From assembly GCA_041659045.1 (NCBI GenBank), contig JBAZZB010000002.1, forward strand, positions 85,427 to 149,426: a stretch of 64,000 bases of DNA, given 5' to 3'. Source of the DNA: Patescibacteria group bacterium. Lineage in GTDB: Bacteria; Patescibacteriota; Patescibacteriia; SG8-24; DYFX01. Every line of letters starts with the position of its first letter. The first letter of the stretch is position 1. The notes under the pieces are model-generated. The model made no database searches. It saw only the letters and a list, made by a program, of their open reading frames with translations, and was not told where the DNA came from. Both the position numbers and the translations under genes were made by a program. Positions 49,243-58,083 of the stretch are shown in pieces.

Positions 49243-50307
49243 ATGGCGAAGGCTGTAGTGGACGAACGGTTCAAAGCAACGGAAGAAGCAATCAACCAAA
49301 TTCGCAGTAAGTTTGGCGATGGTTCGATCATGAGGCTCGGAGACGCAAAGAAGATGCAGGTCGACTCCATCCCGACGGGTTGTCTGTCTCTCGACCTGGC
49401 ACTTGGTATCGGTGGCGTACCGCGCGGACGCGTCATCGAAATTTACGGGCCAGAATCATCGGGTAAAACGACGCTCGCTCAGCACATTATTGCTGAAGTG
49501 CAGAAAATCGGTGGCTTGGCCGCTTTCGTTGACGCCGAGCACGCGCTCGACCCAGCCTACGCGGAGAAGATCGGCGTGAAGATCAACGACATGCTGATCT
49601 CTCAGCCAGACACTGGCGAACAGGCGCTCGATATCGTCGAAACACTTGTGCGCTCTGGTGCCGTCGACGTTATCGTCGTCGACTCGGTGGCCGCGCTCGT
49701 GCCAAAAGCCGAAATCGAAGGCGAAATGGGCGACTCGCACATGGGTCTCCAGGCGCGCCTCATGTCGCAAGCGCTCCGTAAGCTCACGGGCATCGTTTCA
49801 AAAACGAAAACCTGCGTCATCTTCATCAACCAAATCCGCATGAAGATCGGCGTCGTCTTCGGCAACCCTGAAACGACGACGGGCGGTACCGCTCTCAAAT
49901 TCTACGCTTCACAACGTATCGAAGTTCGCCGCTCGGCTCAACTGAAAAAAGAAGAGAAGGTCATCGGCAACCAGGTGAACGTAAAGATCGTGAAGAACAA
50001 GGTGGCTCCCCCGTTCCGCACCACCACGTTTGAGATCATGTACAACGAGGGCATCTCGCTCTCCGGCGACACGCTCGACACCGGCGTGCTCCACGGCATC
50101 ATTCAGAAAAACGGGAACTCGTACACGTTCAACTCCGAGAAGCTCGGTGTCGGGCGCGAGACGGCCAAGGCTTTCCTGAAAGAAAACCCTAAGATGATGA
50201 AGGCCGTGCGCGAACTCGTTATGAAACAGGTCAACGCGGGCAATGCCGCTGACGCAGTCGAAGAAGCGGAGTATCGCGCGAAAGTTGAAGAGGCCGCAGC
50301 AGCGTAA
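49243..50307 (+). CDS. recA: Recombinase RecA
   Basis: 354 aa; GPESSGKTT Walker [11 protein letters not shown]1/L2 loops. Confidence 0.97.
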   Translation: MAKAVVDERFKATEEAINQIRSKFGDGSIMRLGDAKKMQVDSIPTGCLSLDLALGIGGVPRGRVIEIYGPESSGKTTLAQHIIAEVQKIGGLAAFVDAEHALDPAYAEKIGVKINDMLISQPDTGEQALDIVETLVRSGAVDVIVVDSVAALVPKAEIEGEMGDSHMGLQARLMSQALRKLTGIVSKTKTCVIFINQIRMKIGVVFGNPETTTGGTALKFYASQRIEVRRSAQLKKEEKVIGNQVNVKIVKNKVAPPFRTTTFEIMYNEGISLSGDTLDTGVLHGIIQKNGNSYTFNSEKLGVGRETAKAFLKENPKMMKAVRELVMKQVNAGNAADAVEEAEYRAKVEEAAAA

Positions 50308-50315
50308 ACAGAAAA

Positions 50316-50344
50316 AAGCCCCGACTTCAGTCGAGGGCTTTTTC
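50316..50344. terminator. Bidirectional terminator between recA and SET gene
   Basis: AAAAAAGCCCCGAC-ttca-GTCGAGGGCTTTTTC. Confidence 0.55.
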
Positions 50345-50345
50345 T

Positions 50346-50780
50346 TTACTTCTTCTTGCGTGGCTGATGCCGGTGTTTTTTAGCTCCGCACTTACAACCG
50401 TGCGGTCCAATGTAATGCTCGAAATAATCCTTGCCGTAATCGACCGTCAGCTCCTCACCCGCTTTAATATTCTTAAGCGCGTAATAGAACACGCGGCCGC
50501 TCTTTCGCGTGCTGTAATCGCAGTTCGGTCTGCATGAATGATTCACGTAACGCGCCAGATTTTTTCGTGAAGACCCGTCAATGTTCACGTTTTTCTTCAC
50601 CTCAAAAATGTAACGATTCGAAAGCGTGTCGGCTTTTGCGTCGTTCACGCGCTTGCCGGCGTATTCAACAATCGTCTTCCCTTTCTTGATGTCGTTCACG
50701 CAAACAAGACCGAGGCCACTGAGGCCTCGTTTTCTTTTGAGCAGTTCTGCGGGAAGTGGTTCGTACCGCTTTAGGCCCAT
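50346..50780 (-). CDS. SET-domain protein (putative lysine methyltransferase)
   Basis: 144 aa; RYVNHSCRPNC (NHSCxPN) and ELTVDYG (ELxxDY) SET signatures; basic C-terminal tail. Confidence 0.8.
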   Translation of the reverse strand: MGLKRYEPLPAELLKRKRGLSGLGLVCVNDIKKGKTIVEYAGKRVNDAKADTLSNRYIFEVKKNVNIDGSSRKNLARYVNHSCRPNCDYSTRKSGRVFYYALKNIKAGEELTVDYGKDYFEHYIGPHGCKCGAKKHRHQPRKKK

Positions 50781-51193
50781 ACCGCGAGAATTGCACCCAT
50801 GAGCATGAGACCAACGAGCTGATAGGCAGCGTTGATGAGCGCTGACTTTTTGCTCTTACCCTCGAAGGCGACGTATTGAACGATCAACGTCGCCTGAAAG
50901 CCGAGCCAGACCCAAAAACCTGTTTGAGCACCCTCGGTCCATGTTACCGACGCTGTGTAGTCGACAAAGTGCGCCAAGACGTAGGACGTGAGAAGTGCCG
51001 TGGGAACCATGAGCATCATGGCTTTCTGGCCTTCTTTTCGCATCTTGTCGTCGATCACTTTGTTTGGATCCCAGCCCATGGACTTCATCCACGCTTTGCC
51101 GAAAAGAGGTCCGTACCAAAAGGAGCCGAGGATCATGTGGAGCGCCGCAACAGCGAGCACTGCCCAGAGATTGACGCTGACGTCGTAGATCAT
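50771..51193 (-). CDS. DUF1761-type membrane protein
   Basis: 140 aa, 4 TM, LHMILGSFWYGPLFGKAWMKSMGW motif. Confidence 0.5.
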   Translation of the reverse strand: MIYDVSVNLWAVLAVAALHMILGSFWYGPLFGKAWMKSMGWDPNKVIDDKMRKEGQKAMMLMVPTALLTSYVLAHFVDYTASVTWTEGAQTGFWVWLGFQATLIVQYVAFEGKSKKSALINAAYQLVGLMLMGAILAVWA

Positions 51194-51246
51194 AGTCGTC
51201 TTAAAAGAAAATCTGCCTTTATGGTAGGCAGATTTACTCTTCTTGT

Positions 51247-51810
51247 CTATTGGTTAGCGCGCTCGACGTACTCACCCGTGTCGGTGTTGATCGAGAGGAG
51301 GTCGCCTTCCTTGATGAACATCGGGGCCTTGATAACGTAGCCCGTTTCAAGTGTGACGTCCTTCGTAATGTTGCCGGACGAGTCGCCGCGGACCGCATCA
51401 AAGGCTTCCGTTACCTTGAGGACCATTTTCTTCGGCAGAACGACGTTAAGGCAGGCGCCCTCGTAGAAAAAGCCTTGGATCTCTTGGCCTTCCTTCAGGT
51501 AATTCGTCTTCTCCGCGAGAACATCCTTTGGGATGAATATCTCCTCGAAGGTGGACTGGTCCATGAAGTACCAGTTCTTACCGTCGTTGTAGGTGTATTG
51601 AAGGTTACGGCGTTCGAGGTCGACAAATTCGACCGTTTCGGCCGCCTTGTACGTGTTTTCAAAGACTTTGCCGGTGCGTGCGTTCTTGAGGCGGGTGCGG
51701 ACGAACGAGCCGCCCTTACCTGGGTTTACGTGCTGAAATTCGACGACGATGTGGGGCTCCTCCTTATACATCACGACGGACTCTTTGTTGATTTCGTTGA
51801 CGGAAGGCAT
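51247..51810 (-). CDS. efp: Elongation factor P
   Basis: 187 aa; KPGKGGSFVRTRLKN loop with conserved Lys (modification site). Confidence 0.95.
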   Translation of the reverse strand: MPSVNEINKESVVMYKEEPHIVVEFQHVNPGKGGSFVRTRLKNARTGKVFENTYKAAETVEFVDLERRNLQYTYNDGKNWYFMDQSTFEEIFIPKDVLAEKTNYLKEGQEIQGFFYEGACLNVVLPKKMVLKVTEAFDAVRGDSSGNITKDVTLETGYVIKAPMFIKEGDLLSINTDTGEYVERANQ

Positions 51811-51914
51811 AGCGGTTGTTTACTTCCCGGGAAGTGTAGCGATCCCAAGGATTCTTGACAAGATAGCGTCATTTGGCTAGCGTCGAGTCACACAAAGCCC
51901 ACGAAGGAGGCAAA

Positions 51915-52307
51915 ATGGCCTGCTGCGAGAGATACATCAACATCAGCTACGACACCAGCGCGATACACGGGGGCAAGCACGGCTGCTATCGCGCCCGTTT
52001 CCGCCACGGACCGAGCGGATACGAATCTGGCAGCACGCCCGCTGAAGCGGTCGGTAACCTGGTGATCAGTCATCCGAGCCTGTTCGCTCACACGAAGCCC
52101 TGCAGCTTGGCCGATTGTTTCAGGATTCAGCCTGAGGACATCCAACCGTACACCGAGCCCATGCCCCTCGAAGTCGATGCTGCGTCTGCGAGCTTGCTAG
52201 GCAGGCTCGTGACCACCTTCCCCGACGTCTACGGCGTGATGATCGCTCTCATTGAGCCGGAACGCTTTCCCCAACAGACATTCGAGCCGACCCTCCGCGT
52301 CGCCTGA
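51915..52307 (+). CDS. Hypothetical Cys-containing protein
   Basis: 130 aa from MACCERYI with AAGGAGG-4nt-ATG. Confidence 0.4.
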   Translation: MACCERYINISYDTSAIHGGKHGCYRARFRHGPSGYESGSTPAEAVGNLVISHPSLFAHTKPCSLADCFRIQPEDIQPYTEPMPLEVDAASASLLGRLVTTFPDVYGVMIALIEPERFPQQTFEPTLRVA

Positions 52308-52314
52308 CGACCCT

Positions 52315-53373
52315 CTACGCTGGGTCGTTTTTCTTTTGAAACATCGCGCCGGCAGGGAAAGCTATCACGCTACGAATATCTTCCTCACCCAAAAGAAGCA
52401 TGACGAGGCGATCCACGCCAAGTGCGATTCCTCCAGCTTCGGGCATCCCCTCCTCAAGGGCTGCAACGAAATCTTCGTCGATGCCATGATCAAAACGACC
52501 CAGCGTTTTTCTCAACATGCTCTCTTCTTCCAAACGAGCACGCTGCTCAACAGCATCCGTTAATTCCGTAAACGCGTTCGCCAACTCCAGTCCCCCGATA
52601 TACAGCTCGAATCGCTCCGCATATCGCGAGTCGCGAGATGAGGTTTTTGAAAGCGCCGCCATCGAAACCGGGTACTCGTACAAAAACGTCGGACGTTCGA
52701 GGCCGAGGTGTGGCTCGACCGCATTCAGAAAAACGCTAAAAAACGCGTCGTCCCACGAGACATCGGGTGCGAGGACGTGTCCAAGCTTTGCCGCCGCTTC
52801 AAGAAGCAGCCACTTGTCTTCGAGCGCCGCGTCGAGGTCGATGTTGGCGTACGTTTGCATTGCTTCGCGCACCGATAAGCGCTGCCACGCTTGATCGAGT
52901 TCAATCGCTCTTCCGCGCCAAACGATCCCTGTTTTTCCTATCGCGCTGCGCGCAACGTCTTTCACCAGCGCTTCCGCGTCATCCATGATGCCGGTGTAAT
53001 CGGTCTGCGAGCGATACCACTCGATCATCGTGAACTCTGGGTTGTGGCGGCCTTCAAACGCTTCGCCATTACGAAAACATTTGACGATCTGATAGATCTG
53101 CGTGAATCCAGCCACGAGCAGCTTCTTCATCGCGTACTCAGGCGAGGTGATCAACGCCGCGGGAAAAGCATTGCCGTACGGGTCGGTGACTTCCGTTCGA
53201 AATGGCTCAAGATGCGGTTCCATTCCAGGCTTCGCCACAACGATTGGCGTCTCGACTTCAAGATATCCGCTCGCGTCGAAGAAGGCACGGATTGCCGTGA
53301 TGATTCTTGCGCGCGCCTCAAGATTCTTTTTGAGGTACGGACTATTCTTCAGTTGTTTCCAGCGTGGTTCCAT
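52315..53373 (-). CDS. epmA: EF-P--(R)-beta-lysine ligase EpmA (GenX/PoxA, class II LysRS paralog)
   Basis: Start MEPRWKQL (53373); ARIITAIRAFFDASGYLEVETP, VKCFRNGEAFEGRHNPEFTMIEWY class-II motifs; adjacent to efp. Confidence 0.8.
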   Translation of the reverse strand: MEPRWKQLKNSPYLKKNLEARARIITAIRAFFDASGYLEVETPIVVAKPGMEPHLEPFRTEVTDPYGNAFPAALITSPEYAMKKLLVAGFTQIYQIVKCFRNGEAFEGRHNPEFTMIEWYRSQTDYTGIMDDAEALVKDVARSAIGKTGIVWRGRAIELDQAWQRLSVREAMQTYANIDLDAALEDKWLLLEAAAKLGHVLAPDVSWDDAFFSVFLNAVEPHLGLERPTFLYEYPVSMAALSKTSSRDSRYAERFELYIGGLELANAFTELTDAVEQRARLEEESMLRKTLGRFDHGIDEDFVAALEEGMPEAGGIALGVDRLVMLLLGEEDIRSVIAFPAGAMFQKKNDPA

Positions 53374-53454
53374 GCTTTTGTCATTCCGAGCGGAGCGAAG
53401 CGCAGTCGAGGAATCTATTCGATCAATGGATCCCTCGGCTTCGCTCGGGATGAC

Positions 53455-53483
53455 AAAAAGGGAGGCAACAGCCTCCCTTTTTG
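53455..53483. terminator. Bidirectional terminator after rpsF-ssb-rpsR
   Basis: AAAAA-GGGAGGC-aaca-GCCTCCC-TTTTTGTT. Confidence 0.6.
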
Positions 53484-53717
53484 TTACTTGATCACGTATG
53501 GCATGAGCGCCAGGACGCGGGCAACTTTGATGGCGTTGGCCAGCTTGCGCTGGTGCCAGCCGCAAACGCCGGAGCGGCGGCGCGGAACGATTTTGGCGTA
53601 GGAGGAAGTGAAGCGGCGAAGCATCTGCGTGTCCTTGTAATCGATGACATCGATTTGGTTCACGCAGAAGAAGCAGTGCCGGTCATGTCCCAGTTGGGTT
53701 TTCTTCTGTGGAGGCAT
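53484..53717 (-). CDS. rpsR: 30S ribosomal protein S18
   Basis: 77 aa, CFFCVNQIDVIDYKDTQMLRRFTSSYAKI. Confidence 0.95.
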   Translation of the reverse strand: MPPQKKTQLGHDRHCFFCVNQIDVIDYKDTQMLRRFTSSYAKIVPRRRSGVCGWHQRKLANAIKVARVLALMPYVIK

Positions 53718-53720
53718 ATT

Positions 53721-54176
53721 TTAGAACGGAATGTCTTCGACTTTGATTTCCTCTTCGACGGGGGCGGCGGTAGCGGCAAATTCCGCGACCGGAGAAGCAT
53801 CGCGCTGAGCGGGAGCCCATGCGGCGCTGGCGTTTCCGGAACCTTGGGGCGCTTTGTCCAACATGATCATGTTGTCCGCAACGATCTCCGTTCGGCTCTT
53901 TTTGACGCCATCCGTACCCTGCCATTCGCGCGTTTGCAGACGGCCTTCAACGAAGACCTTGCGACCCTTACCGAGGTATTGCTTGCAGATGTCCGCGAGC
54001 TTGCCCCAGGCAACGATGTTGTGGAATTCGACGCGTTCCTGTTTCTGTCCGGAGGCGTCCTTCCAGGTGCTGGAGGTCGCAACGCCGAAGGTGGCCACGT
54101 TTTGGCCGTTCGGCGTGGTCCGGGTTTCCGGGTCACGCGTGAGATTGCCGATCAGCTGCGCACGATTGAGGTTCAT
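53721..54176 (-). CDS. ssb: Single-stranded DNA-binding protein
   Basis: MNLNRAQLIGNLTRDPETRTTPNG... OB fold, acidic C-terminal tail ending DIPF. Confidence 0.95.
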   Translation of the reverse strand: MNLNRAQLIGNLTRDPETRTTPNGQNVATFGVATSSTWKDASGQKQERVEFHNIVAWGKLADICKQYLGKGRKVFVEGRLQTREWQGTDGVKKSRTEIVADNMIMLDKAPQGSGNASAAWAPAQRDASPVAEFAATAAPVEEEIKVEDIPF

Positions 54177-54182
54177 AGTCGT

Positions 54183-54665
54183 TTAGACGATTTTACCTTC
54201 GAGAATCTTGTCGATGTTCTTCTCGACTTCGTCCATATCGACTTCGACCTTCTTTTCAGCGGCCTTCGGAGCGGCAGCGGCCTGGCGAGCGCGAGTTTCG
54301 CGGTCGGCCGATTCGCTGCGGCGCGGAGCCTCGCGGTCGATCTCTTCCATGGCGTTGAGCTTGAAGACCGGTTTGGCCTTCGGATCCTTGATCATCAAGC
54401 TGTGGCGAAGCACGTCGGTGTGCAAGCGCAGGAGCTCGTTGAGAGCGGAGACCTTCGAGGTCTCGAGGTCCATGTCGACCAGGATGTAGTAGCCGTAACG
54501 CACGTGGTTGACCGGGTAGGTCAACTTGATCTTACCGACCATCTCATTGCGGGAGATGGTGACGCCCAGACCGGTCAACGCCTTTGTAATGGCGTCGATC
54601 ACCGGCTGGAGCTCCGTCTCGGCGTAGGTCGCCGGGATGATGTAGAGGAGTTCGTAGCGGGACAT
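54183..54665 (-). CDS. rpsF: 30S ribosomal protein S6 (with C-terminal extension)
   Basis: MSRYELLYIIPATYAETELQPVIDAI...; 160 aa, charged C-terminal extension ending EGKIV. Confidence 0.95.
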   Translation of the reverse strand: MSRYELLYIIPATYAETELQPVIDAITKALTGLGVTISRNEMVGKIKLTYPVNHVRYGYYILVDMDLETSKVSALNELLRLHTDVLRHSLMIKDPKAKPVFKLNAMEEIDREAPRRSESADRETRARQAAAAPKAAEKKVEVDMDEVEKNIDKILEGKIV

Positions 54666-54792
54666 AGATTAATAGAATTTCCCGGAACATGGGCTGGTTC
54701 CGATGGAAAGGCTTGTATTATCGGGGCTTTCGCCCTGTTGTAAGCACCGGGACAATATCACAGGGTCAAAAAACGCGCAAGACCCCGCCTAT

Positions 54793-54818
54793 GAAAAAAC
54801 GACCGGGATACGGTCGTT
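54793..54818 (-). terminator. Intrinsic terminator
   Basis: minus strand CGACCG-tatcc-CGGTCG-TTTTTTCAT overlapping stop codon. Confidence 0.55.
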
Positions 54819-55710
54819 AGAGGGTGTAGAGGCCCGTTTCGTTGAAGCCGAGGACGGGCGTCCAGGTATAGACATGAGCCAACGACGTCGCTTCGCTGTC
54901 AGCGATGGCGGTTGCCGTCGCGAGAAGTAGCTCGTCGTCGGTGTACATCACGTGTGGCTCGCCTTTCTCGTTCTTGAAGCGTTGCGCCACGAGTTCCAGG
55001 CGGTAGCGCGCTTGGCGAGCCATCTCCACGAGGAAGTTCGGCGGGCGCGAGACGACGTCGATGAGAAGCTCGTCGATGCGACGCACGCGGTACGCCTTCT
55101 TCACCTGCGTCATGTGCTGCGCGAAGGCTTGCTCGTTTGGATCTCTCTGCTTTCGCTTGCGCTTCTCGCCGGGCGGCTTTGGCGACGTACGCTTGCCGGT
55201 GCCGTGCGCGTGAACGAGTCCGAACTCCTCCATCTTCGCTTGGTACACGGAGCTGAGCGTCTTGGAACGCCGCTCGATCGCGATCGTGACCGCGCCGTCG
55301 ACTCCGACCAAACGCGCCACGCGGTACTCCTGGTTCGCCTCGAGCGGGTGATGGCACCTGGCATCGGGGCAAATCGCGGGGCCGCCGTAGAGCTGGCAGA
55401 TCTCGTTGGTCGCGATCCGCATGCAGTTCACACCGGTGACCGAGCGTCCGTAGAACGGCATCGGCGGCCGGGCCGCGTCGTACTCCTCTCTCCACGCCAC
55501 GAACTCGTTCATGTGGGCGGGCATCGGCCACTGCGGGCGCTGACCGCGCACGAAGACGGTACGGACGGCCGCCATGCGGTCGCCGAGCGTCTCCCACAAG
55601 CCTTCGCCCCAACCAAGCAAAAGACGCAGGTTGGGAAAGAAGGCCCAGGCAGGCCATTGCGGGTTGAAACGAAACGAATCAGGTTGAATGATCAAATCGA
55701 GATCGGCCAT
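54817..55710 (-). CDS. Hypothetical protein (Cys/His-containing, basic K/R-rich central segment)
   Basis: 297 aa; overlapping Arg-rich ORFs 54899..55657(-) and 54952..55782(+) judged alternative-frame artefacts. Confidence 0.5.
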   Translation of the reverse strand: MADLDLIIQPDSFRFNPQWPAWAFFPNLRLLLGWGEGLWETLGDRMAAVRTVFVRGQRPQWPMPAHMNEFVAWREEYDAARPPMPFYGRSVTGVNCMRIATNEICQLYGGPAICPDARCHHPLEANQEYRVARLVGVDGAVTIAIERRSKTLSSVYQAKMEEFGLVHAHGTGKRTSPKPPGEKRKRKQRDPNEQAFAQHMTQVKKAYRVRRIDELLIDVVSRPPNFLVEMARQARYRLELVAQRFKNEKGEPHVMYTDDELLLATATAIADSEATSLAHVYTWTPVLGFNETGLYTL

Positions 55711-55813
55711 GTTCCCTCCATGAATGGCAGCTTCGATCGAGGCATATTCGCAGAAAATGCACTCTTTGTCAACCTCGTCTGACCCATTGCTCGAAAGCGC
55801 GTGGTCTGCCCGA

Positions 55814-55842
55814 TTGACGTAAGAGCTGTTATCATCTATAGT
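55814..55842 (+). promoter_or_regulatory. Promoter TTGACG-17-TATAGT; near-leaderless transcript of 55853 gene
   Basis: -35 55814-55819, -10 55837-55842, ATG at 55853 ~11 nt after -10. Confidence 0.5.
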
Positions 55843-55852
55843 AAGACGTCAT

Positions 55853-57076
55853 ATGAAGTACGCATTCGTCCTCGGACGCGAACCAGGTCTCTCGACCGCC
55901 GAACTCATCGCCACGCTTAAAGCGGCCGATGTCGGTTTTGATCCGAAAAACGCGGTGTATTCTGCCTCCATCATGGTCGTGGAAACGGAAAAGCCTTTAA
56001 CCGCTGCGTTTTTTCACTTGCTCGGCGGTTCGATCAAGATGGCAGAAGTGCTTGGCGTCAGCGAGAAGAACCTCGAGGACGATCTTTTCAACGTGCTCTC
56101 CGGCATGGGCAGTAAGACCTCGCTGGATTTCGGTATCAGTCTCTACTCGACCGAAGCCGTGCTCAGCAAAAACTATCGCTCGCTTGAGTTCGGACTCAAA
56201 GCGATTTCTCTCACTCTGAAAAAACGTTTGAAAGAAGACGGGCGCTCAATCCGCGTCGTCTTGAACGATGAACCGGCGCTCAGCTCCGTTCAGGTCGACA
56301 AGAACCGCCTGATCGAAAAGGGCGGCGAAATCATGCTGTTGATCGGTCAGGGCGCGGCACGTATCGCGCGCACGATTGCCGTCCAGGCATTTGAAGATTT
56401 TTCTGAACGCGATTTCGGACGCCCCGCTGCCGACGCCAAGAGCGGCATGCTTCCTCCGAAGCTCGCTCGTATGATGGTGAACATCGCCAGCGCTTCGAAA
56501 GACGAAACGCTGCACGACGCCTTTTGCGGTTCTGGCACGATCCTGACCGAAGCGGCCACGCTCGGTTTCAAGAAGCTCAGCGGCTCCGATATCAGCGAGC
56601 GTGCGGTTGCCGACACCGTCAAAAACCTTGAGTGGATCCTGACGCAGCGCAAACTCCGCGTGGAAACCAAAGTGTTTCATTCCGACGTGAAGCATCTTTC
56701 TGAAAAGCTGCCGAAGGCTTCGGTGGGCGCCATCGTTTCGGAACCCTACCTCGGTCCGCCGCTTCGTGGCGGGGAATCCGACCAGAAGATCCATTTCGAA
56801 TATCTTGAATTGATGGGTTTGTATCGCCGCGCCTTTGACGCGTTTTCAAAAGTGTTGAAGCCGGGTGCCAAGGTTGTCTTTGTCTTCCCTGTTTTCGGAA
56901 GCAAACACGTGAACATCCTGCGAGAACTCGAAGATTACGGTTTCCGTGCCGAGGGTCTTCTGCCCGCAGCCGCCGTCATGGCCTTGAACCTCAAGAGCTC
57001 AACCGGCCTGCTCTATAAGCGCCCCGACCAGAAAGTCGGCCGCGATATTTTCCGCTTCCGCTTCAACCCCTCCTAA
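55853..57076 (+). CDS. SAM-dependent methyltransferase (THUMP/Trm11-RlmL-like, N6-adenine/N2-guanine MTase class)
   Basis: 407 aa; motif I LHDAFCGSGTILTEAA, motif IV IVSEPYLGPP (D/N/S-PPY-like). Confidence 0.6.
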   Translation: MKYAFVLGREPGLSTAELIATLKAADVGFDPKNAVYSASIMVVETEKPLTAAFFHLLGGSIKMAEVLGVSEKNLEDDLFNVLSGMGSKTSLDFGISLYSTEAVLSKNYRSLEFGLKAISLTLKKRLKEDGRSIRVVLNDEPALSSVQVDKNRLIEKGGEIMLLIGQGAARIARTIAVQAFEDFSERDFGRPAADAKSGMLPPKLARMMVNIASASKDETLHDAFCGSGTILTEAATLGFKKLSGSDISERAVADTVKNLEWILTQRKLRVETKVFHSDVKHLSEKLPKASVGAIVSEPYLGPPLRGGESDQKIHFEYLELMGLYRRAFDAFSKVLKPGAKVVFVFPVFGSKHVNILRELEDYGFRAEGLLPAAAVMALNLKSSTGLLYKRPDQKVGRDIFRFRFNPS

Positions 57077-57216
57077 ACGAAGAAAAGGCTTGACAAAAAG
57101 CCTTTTTTCGTATACTGTCACACGTCGTCGGCCTCTGGCCGGCGCATCGTTCCCTTTACGTCCACCACTTGATTCACCGGGAAAACCCGGTGAGTCCACT
57201 CCAGCAAGGAGACGTC

Positions 57217-57951
57217 ATGAGCCAAGAACCGTACAGCGAGTTGGACCGTACTCTCGTCAGCCTTCCCGACGTATCGAGCAACGAGAAGACGGAGAAGCTG
57301 AACCTCAAGCCGGAGGACACGCTCATCAAGCCCGGCGACCGGGTCGGCGCGATCTACCAGCTCCTGCGTGGCAGGATCGACATGGTGCGACACCTCGGTA
57401 CACCGAAGGAGGAGCGCACGAGCTACGAGCGTGCCGATGAGAAGGACTGGGCGCCGATTCTCGGCGGCCGCTACTTCTTCAACGGTGCTCGCCCGAGTTC
57501 GATGTACTACCTGGCGATGACTCCGTGCACCGTCATCAAGATCGGCCCGGCACACATCGAGCGCATGTACTACGACGGCAACGTCGTGAATCTCATCCGC
57601 GACATCATCCGATGCTCCGACTTCGACACCGAAGAGATCCGAACGGAGCTCGCCACGAACCACGCGCAGTACGGCTACTCCGGCTTCAACATCGACAACT
57701 TGAGTGGCCTGTTGCGGTACGGCGCGAACGAGATGGTGTACACGGCTGGCGCGGAAGACACCCGCGGCGGCTCCGTCCCGATCAGCAAGCTGACCGAGGA
57801 GCAGCGAGCGGAGATCAGCGACCGGATCCAGGTCGTCAACGACGAGTACATCAGGTTCTCCCGCGACATGCTCTTCCAGCTCCTTGGTGACCAGACCGAG
57901 TCCAACGCGGAACGCACGAGCATCAAGCTCATGCACCAGCCGCGCTTGTGA
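57217..57951 (+). CDS. Cyclic-nucleotide-binding-domain-like protein
   Basis: Start MSQEPYS with AAGGAG-5nt-ATG; GDRVGAIYQLLRGRIDMV...ILGGRYFFNGARPS...AMTPCTVIKI resembles cNMP/Crp beta-roll. Confidence 0.45.
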   Translation: MSQEPYSELDRTLVSLPDVSSNEKTEKLNLKPEDTLIKPGDRVGAIYQLLRGRIDMVRHLGTPKEERTSYERADEKDWAPILGGRYFFNGARPSSMYYLAMTPCTVIKIGPAHIERMYYDGNVVNLIRDIIRCSDFDTEEIRTELATNHAQYGYSGFNIDNLSGLLRYGANEMVYTAGAEDTRGGSVPISKLTEEQRAEISDRIQVVNDEYIRFSRDMLFQLLGDQTESNAERTSIKLMHQPRL

Positions 57952-57955
57952 CAAA

Positions 57956-57991
57956 CCCGGCCGTTCCGTCTCGGAACGACCGGGCTTTTTT
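57956..57991 (+). terminator. Intrinsic terminator
   Basis: CCCGGCCGTTCCG-tctc-CGGAACGACCGGG-TTTTTT. Confidence 0.65.
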
Positions 57992-58018
57992 ATTTGAGAC
58001 CCCTCCGCCCTGTGGGCA

Positions 58019-58069
58019 CCTCCCCTTTCAGGGGAGGGTTCTGGTTCCCCCTCTCTGAAAGAGAGGGGG
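58019..58069. other. Two consecutive perfect GC-rich hairpins (7-bp and 9-bp stems) between convergent genes
   Basis: CCTCCCC-tttca-GGGGAGG (58019-58037) and CCCCCTCTC-tgaaa-GAGAGGGGG (58047-58069); no adjacent U-tract. Confidence 0.5.
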
Positions 58070-58083
58070 CTAGGGGGTGAGTC

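Noticed and set aside
54899-55782. Overlapping ORFs (252 aa minus, 276 aa plus) within 54817..55710 gene
   Set aside because: Both are Arg/Ala/Gly-rich low-complexity frames; the 297-aa frame has balanced composition.
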